A stretch of DNA of 10,200 nt from an uncultured Thermococci archaeon (GTDB lineage: Archaea; Methanobacteriota_B; Thermococci; Thermococcales; Thermococcaceae), in NCBI GenBank assembly GCA_964487115.1, contig CAZAPD010000105.1, positions 1-10,200 on the forward strand. The letters run 5' to 3'. Shown here piece by piece: positions 6,465 through 10,200 of the stretch. Every line of letters starts with the position of its first letter. Positions within the stretch are counted from its first letter, which is position 1. The notes beneath the pieces are model-generated. The model saw only the letters and a program-made list of their open reading frames with translations, was not told the DNA's origin and made no database searches. The position numbers and the translations under genes were made by a program.

Positions 6465-8975
6465 TCAGAAAGTGAAGTAGTCCATTTTCTCCTCCTTCTC
6501 ACCTCTAACCTGTCTGCTTTCCTCAAAGTTCCTGTAGTAATCCAGCATGTATTTTGTTATGCTCGGTTTTACCTTTTTCATGGCTTCCTCAAAGTCCCTC
6601 CTTGAAACTTTCAGCTTCTCAAGAAACTCCTCACTTTGCTCTTCCACCAGCTCAGATTCCGTGCGTGCCATTATTCTACGCATCGCATTTAATGCCGCCT
6701 CTCTTACGAGTGCTGCCAGATCTGCTCCGCTGTAGCCTTTGGTTCTCTTTGCGAGATCTTCAAGACTTACATCCGAAGCAAGCGGAACCCTTCTCGTGTG
6801 AACCCTGAGAATCTCAAACCTTGTCTTTTCATCTGGTGCCGGGACATATATTAATCTATCAAGCCTTCCGGGTCTGAGTAAGGCGGGATCGAGGATGTCC
6901 GGCCTGTTGGTCGCAGCTATGACAACAACTCCACTGTTCCGTTCTATGCCATCCATCTCCGTCAGGAGCTGATTTATAAGTCTGTCAGTTACTCTGTTCA
7001 TATCTGTGCCTCTGGCAGGAGCTATTGAATCGATTTCATCTATGAATACTACAGTTGGAGCAGCCTGTCTCGCCTTCCTGAAAATTTCCCTAACTCTCTT
7101 CTCGCTTTCTCCCACCCATTTTGAGAGAACTTCAGGCCCCCTAATCCCAATAAAGTTAGCCTCACTCTCAGTAGCGACAGCCTTGGCCAGCAGAGTCTTA
7201 CCAGTCCCCGGCGGACCGTAAAGCAGAACACCCTTCGGCGGCTCTATCCCAAGCCTCTCGAAGGCTTTCGGGTACTTTATCGGCCACTCAACAGCTTCTT
7301 TAAGCTCTTCTTTTATATTCTCAAGGCCTCCTATGTCTTCCCAGTGCACGTTCGGAACTTCAAGGAGGACTTCCCTCAGCGCCGATGGTTCAACCATCTT
7401 AAGAGCCTCATAGAAATCAGCTTTTGTTACCTTGAGCTCCTGAAGAACCTCCGCAGGTATTCTCTCATGTTCTGGATTTATTTTTCCCTGCTCTATAAGC
7501 CGCCTGAGGACTACCATAGCTGCCTCTCTTGCAAGGGCGGCTAAATCTGCACCAACAAAGCCATGGGTCTTTTCGGCAATCTCTTCGAGCATTTTATCAA
7601 CCAGTCTGCTGCGAACTTCCCGGTACAGCTCACTGTCTTCTTTTAAAACTTCTTTAATCTCCCTCTCATCCTTTAAACTTCCAATTTTCTCAGTAAGTTT
7701 CTGGATTTTCTTTCCATCAAAACGCTCATCTTTCACAAGATCCTTCAGAACCCTAACAACAGCATGTCTGTCAAAATCCGGCTCAAGGGGCATTCCTCTT
7801 GTGTGTATTTGAAGTATCTCCTTCCTTCCCTGTTTATCTGGGACACCAACTTCAATTTCCCTGTCAAACCTTCCGGGTCTCCTCAAAGCCGGATCAATAG
7901 CGTCTGGTCTGTTAGTCGCGGCTATAACTATAACCTTCCCCCTCTTTTTAAGTCCATCCATGAGGGTTAATAACTGGCTTACGACTCTTTTTTCAACTTC
8001 TCCAGTAACTTCCTCCCTCTTGGGAGCAATTGCATCAATCTCATCAATGAAAATTATACTCGGAGAATTCTCCTCAGCTTCCTTGAATATCTCCCTTAAT
8101 CTCTCTTCACTCTCACCGTAGAACTTGCTCATGACTTCAGGTCCATTTATTGCTATGAAGTGGGCATTAGCCTCGTTAGCAACAGCCTTGGCCAGCAGAG
8201 TCTTACCAGTCCCCGGCGGACCGTAAAGCAGAACACCCTTCGGCGGCTCTATCCCAAGCCTCTCGAAGAGCTCAGGATGTTTGAGCGGAAGCTCAACCAT
8301 CTCGCGGATCTTTTGTATTGCCTCTTTGAGACCGCCTATATCCTCATAGGTAACTTCAGGTATGCTCTCCTCCCTTACCTCAACCGCCTGAGGCAGGACT
8401 TCAATCTCAGTGTTGTAGGTTATCTGGACTATACCCTTGGGATTCGTGTTGACAACTATGAACTTCAATTCTCCAAAGCCAAGAGGCATGGCTTCAAAAA
8501 GTCCTCTAAAAAGCTCATCGAAGGGGTCTCTCGGATAAATCTCACTTCCTCCCCTGCCGCTGGCAACCACAACGTCACCTTTAACAAGTGGTCTGCCCAG
8601 GAGGTTGTTTTTCACAATCTCACCGGGAATCTGAATGTAAACCCCCTTCTGAGCAGGAGCAAGAGTAACTTTCTTCGCCTCATGGACTTCAGCCCTCTTC
8701 ACTCTTATGTAGTCTCCTATGCTCACTCCCGCATTCCTCCTTATATAACCGTCTATCCTGATGATGTCTATGCCCCTATCATCCGGATGGGGATTGGCAA
8801 CTATCGCCGCTGTGCTCTTCTCTCCAATGAGCTCGACAATATCACCCGGTTCCACAGCGAGCTGTTTTTGATATTTTCTATCAAACCTCGCTATCCCTCT
8901 TCCAACATCCTTCTTCAGGGCCTCAGCTACCCTGAGCTTGATTTCCTCTTTGGTCTCTTCCTTTCCAAAAATCAT
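6465..8975 (-). CDS. cdc48: Cdc48/VAT (p97) family type II AAA+ ATPase
   Basis: N domain ([14 protein letters not shown]), two AAA modules each with [21 protein letters not shown] and RPGR; pore loops KFYG and KWVG; SD GGTGA upstream. Confidence 0.97.
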   Translation of the reverse strand: MIFGKEETKEEIKLRVAEALKKDVGRGIARFDRKYQKQLAVEPGDIVELIGEKSTAAIVANPHPDDRGIDIIRIDGYIRRNAGVSIGDYIRVKRAEVHEAKKVTLAPAQKGVYIQIPGEIVKNNLLGRPLVKGDVVVASGRGGSEIYPRDPFDELFRGLFEAMPLGFGELKFIVVNTNPKGIVQITYNTEIEVLPQAVEVREESIPEVTYEDIGGLKEAIQKIREMVELPLKHPELFERLGIEPPKGVLLYGPPGTGKTLLAKAVANEANAHFIAINGPEVMSKFYGESEERLREIFKEAEENSPSIIFIDEIDAIAPKREEVTGEVEKRVVSQLLTLMDGLKKRGKVIVIAATNRPDAIDPALRRPGRFDREIEVGVPDKQGRKEILQIHTRGMPLEPDFDRHAVVRVLKDLVKDERFDGKKIQKLTEKIGSLKDEREIKEVLKEDSELYREVRSRLVDKMLEEIAEKTHGFVGADLAALAREAAMVVLRRLIEQGKINPEHERIPAEVLQELKVTKADFYEALKMVEPSALREVLLEVPNVHWEDIGGLENIKEELKEAVEWPIKYPKAFERLGIEPPKGVLLYGPPGTGKTLLAKAVATESEANFIGIRGPEVLSKWVGESEKRVREIFRKARQAAPTVVFIDEIDSIAPARGTDMNRVTDRLINQLLTEMDGIERNSGVVVIAATNRPDILDPALLRPGRLDRLIYVPAPDEKTRFEILRVHTRRVPLASDVSLEDLAKRTKGYSGADLAALVREAALNAMRRIMARTESELVEEQSEEFLEKLKVSRRDFEEAMKKVKPSITKYMLDYYRNFEESRQVRGEKEEKMDYFTF
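7177..7263. repeat. 87-bp perfect direct repeat, D2 Walker A copy in cdc48
   Basis: Identical base-for-base to 8182-8268. Confidence 0.95.
8182..8268. repeat. 87-bp perfect direct repeat, D1 Walker A copy in cdc48
   Basis: Identical base-for-base to 7177-7263. Confidence 0.95.
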
Positions 8976-9745
8976 TTTCCATCACCTTTAATTCTCTTTT
9001 TATGAGCTTCAATAGCCTCTTCAAGAGTCAGGTTGCCTTTGGCAACCTCTTTGGCAAGATCAGATGAAATCGTTATAGTCCTGCTCAGCTCCCTGCTCCT
9101 CTTCTTTATGTATTCAATCTCCCCCTTAGTCGGCTCACCTGATTCCATCAGCTCTCCAATCTTAACTTCTCTACCATCCCTTAAAGCTATATTGATTGAG
9201 GCCACTATATCCTGCACTTGGGAAACCTCAATCCCACCAACTTTAGGGGTTGTCTTCTTTTCATTCACGAGAATTATGGGATGGTCCTCACCCAGTACAT
9301 TTGCCAGAGCCTTCAGCATAAGAATTCTGTGTCTTTTTGCCCCGTGGCCAATCTTCAGCTTTGCCCCCGGGTATTTCTCAAGCAGTTCAAGAATTATCCC
9401 CACATCACGGGGATTTTTTAAGTGGTAAACTTCCAGAACCCTATTATCTGCAACCACGCTAACCCCCGGTCTCTCCCCCGGATCAATGGCTATGTACATA
9501 TGCCTGAATTTTCCCCTTCCCTCAAGCTTTGCCAGCAGTTCATCAATAAAATTCTCATTCTGCACGATGATTTTAACAGGAAAATCGACTCTATCATAAT
9601 CTTCCTCGCCTGTCAAAACAACCTCAACGTCAAATGGAATCCTCTCTCCCGGCCGCAGGCTATAAAAGGGAATCCTGTATTCTTTCAAAACCTTCGAAGC
9701 GAGATAATAAACTCTTGCATTTGATGTTACCACTGCAACCCTCAT
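8972..9745 (-). CDS. Uncharacterised protein with a central YqgF/RuvX-like RNase H-fold domain
   Basis: [30 protein letters not shown] and [10 protein letters not shown] follow the YqgF/Tex motif order. The stop overlaps the cdc48 start (ATGA). ATG 9745 is preferred (probably leaderless, TATA about 23 nt upstream). Confidence 0.8.
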   Translation of the reverse strand: MRVAVVTSNARVYYLASKVLKEYRIPFYSLRPGERIPFDVEVVLTGEEDYDRVDFPVKIIVQNENFIDELLAKLEGRGKFRHMYIAIDPGERPGVSVVADNRVLEVYHLKNPRDVGIILELLEKYPGAKLKIGHGAKRHRILMLKALANVLGEDHPIILVNEKKTTPKVGGIEVSQVQDIVASINIALRDGREVKIGELMESGEPTKGEIEYIKKRSRELSRTITISSDLAKEVAKGNLTLEEAIEAHKKRIKGDGK

Positions 9746-9767
9746 GGTTGAGGCTATGAACATTGAG

Positions 9768-9824
9768 TATTAAAGCATTTCCCGAAAATTATTTTAAATC
9801 ACAGGCATAGCGTAGAACGAGGTG
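9768..9824. promoter_or_regulatory. Back-to-back divergent promoters plus RBS
   Basis: Minus-strand TTTAATA at 9768-9774; plus-strand CGAAAA (9783-9788) and TTTTAAA (9792-9798); SD GAGGTG at 9819-9824. Confidence 0.6.
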
Positions 9825-9829
9825 TTTGC

Positions 9830-9973
9830 ATGCAGCCCCCAAAAAAGAGAAGGCAGACTGAAGGGGAGGAAGAGTTCGAGGAGGAGTGGGAAGAGTTTGA
9901 AGAAGAGTGGGAGGAGGAAGAGGACTGGGAAGAAGAATGGGAGGACGAATGGGAAGAAGAGGAAGAATGGTGA
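9830..9973 (+). CDS. 47-aa Glu/Trp-rich acidic microprotein MQPPKKRRQTEGEEEFEEEWEEFEEEWEEEEDWEEEWEDEWEEEEEW
   Basis: Not in the ORF track. ATG is 5 nt after SD GAGGTG with a TATA box upstream; GAA/GAG alternation preserves Glu in this frame; TGA at 9971-9973. Confidence 0.8.
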   Translation: MQPPKKRRQTEGEEEFEEEWEEFEEEWEEEEDWEEEWEDEWEEEEEW

Positions 9974-10005
9974 CCTCCAATCTTTCCTCACGGAAGTTGC
10001 CTATC

Positions 10006-10200
10006 TCACAGTTCTTTGAGCTTTTCTGCTTTTTTCCACTCAGCTCTCTTTATCAGCTCGATGGTGTAAGCATAAAAGCCGATTTTCGTGAGGAGCTCTG
10101 GAAAAGGCTCGTTCTCGGACAGCTCCTTAATCTTTGCGGAGAGCTTTTTAATGGCCTTTTTCTTTGCTTCCTCAGAGTGGTCAGTGAACTCTAAAGCCTG
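10006..10200 (-). CDS. 3' end of a hypothetical protein (partial, starts beyond the window)
   Basis: Open frame from the edge reads QALEFTDHSEEAKKKAIKKLSAKIKELSENEPFPELLTKIGFYAYTIELIKRAEWKKAEKLKEL*, with host-like helical K/E-rich composition. Confidence 0.7.
   Translation of the reverse strand, partial: QALEFTDHSEEAKKKAIKKLSAKIKELSENEPFPELLTKIGFYAYTIELIKRAEWKKAEKLKEL

Noticed and set aside
7590..7769. Possible mini-intein in Cdc48
   Set aside because: No Cys/Ser start or His-Asn end, and too short
8160..9005. 281-aa plus-strand ORF
   Set aside because: Antisense shadow of cdc48 with no recognisable motifs
164..9724. Remaining short ORFs overlapping the assigned genes
   Set aside because: Antisense or alternate-frame shadows of well-supported conserved genes
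9860..9970. Purine-rich stretch as a tandem repeat or CRISPR-like array
   Set aside because: No fixed repeat-spacer unit; explained by Glu/Trp codons
9789..10194. ORF-track frames 9789-9980, 9794-9991, 9822-10019 and 9907-10194
   Set aside because: Alternate-frame or antisense readings of the purine-rich microprotein gene and the edge CDS; none has a comparable SD

Overview
Core-genome window from a Thermococcales archaeon (Thermococcus/Palaeococcus-like), judged from the protein families, GGTGA-type ribosome-binding sites and BRE/TATA promoters. On the + strand lie yhbY (CRM domain), rps19e, a PDCD5 homologue, a small hypothetical protein and tfb, convergent with fen on the - strand. An ADP-forming acyl-CoA synthetase alpha subunit and a metallophosphoesterase follow on +. 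They converge on a - strand cluster encoding a YqgF/RNase H-fold protein, Cdc48/VAT and a PRC-barrel protein. A partial hypothetical CDS enters from the right edge. No mobile elements, CRISPR arrays or RNA genes were seen. Three observations stand out. (1) An unannotated 47-aa Glu/Trp-repeat microprotein with its own promoter and RBS sits back-to-back with the YqgF-like/cdc48 operon. (2) A perfect 87-bp direct repeat is shared by the D1 and D2 Walker A regions of cdc48, suggesting intragenic gene conversion. (3) A putative YqgF-like nuclease is translationally coupled to a Cdc48 that carries a 60-aa D1 insertion and a non-canonical C-terminal tail.
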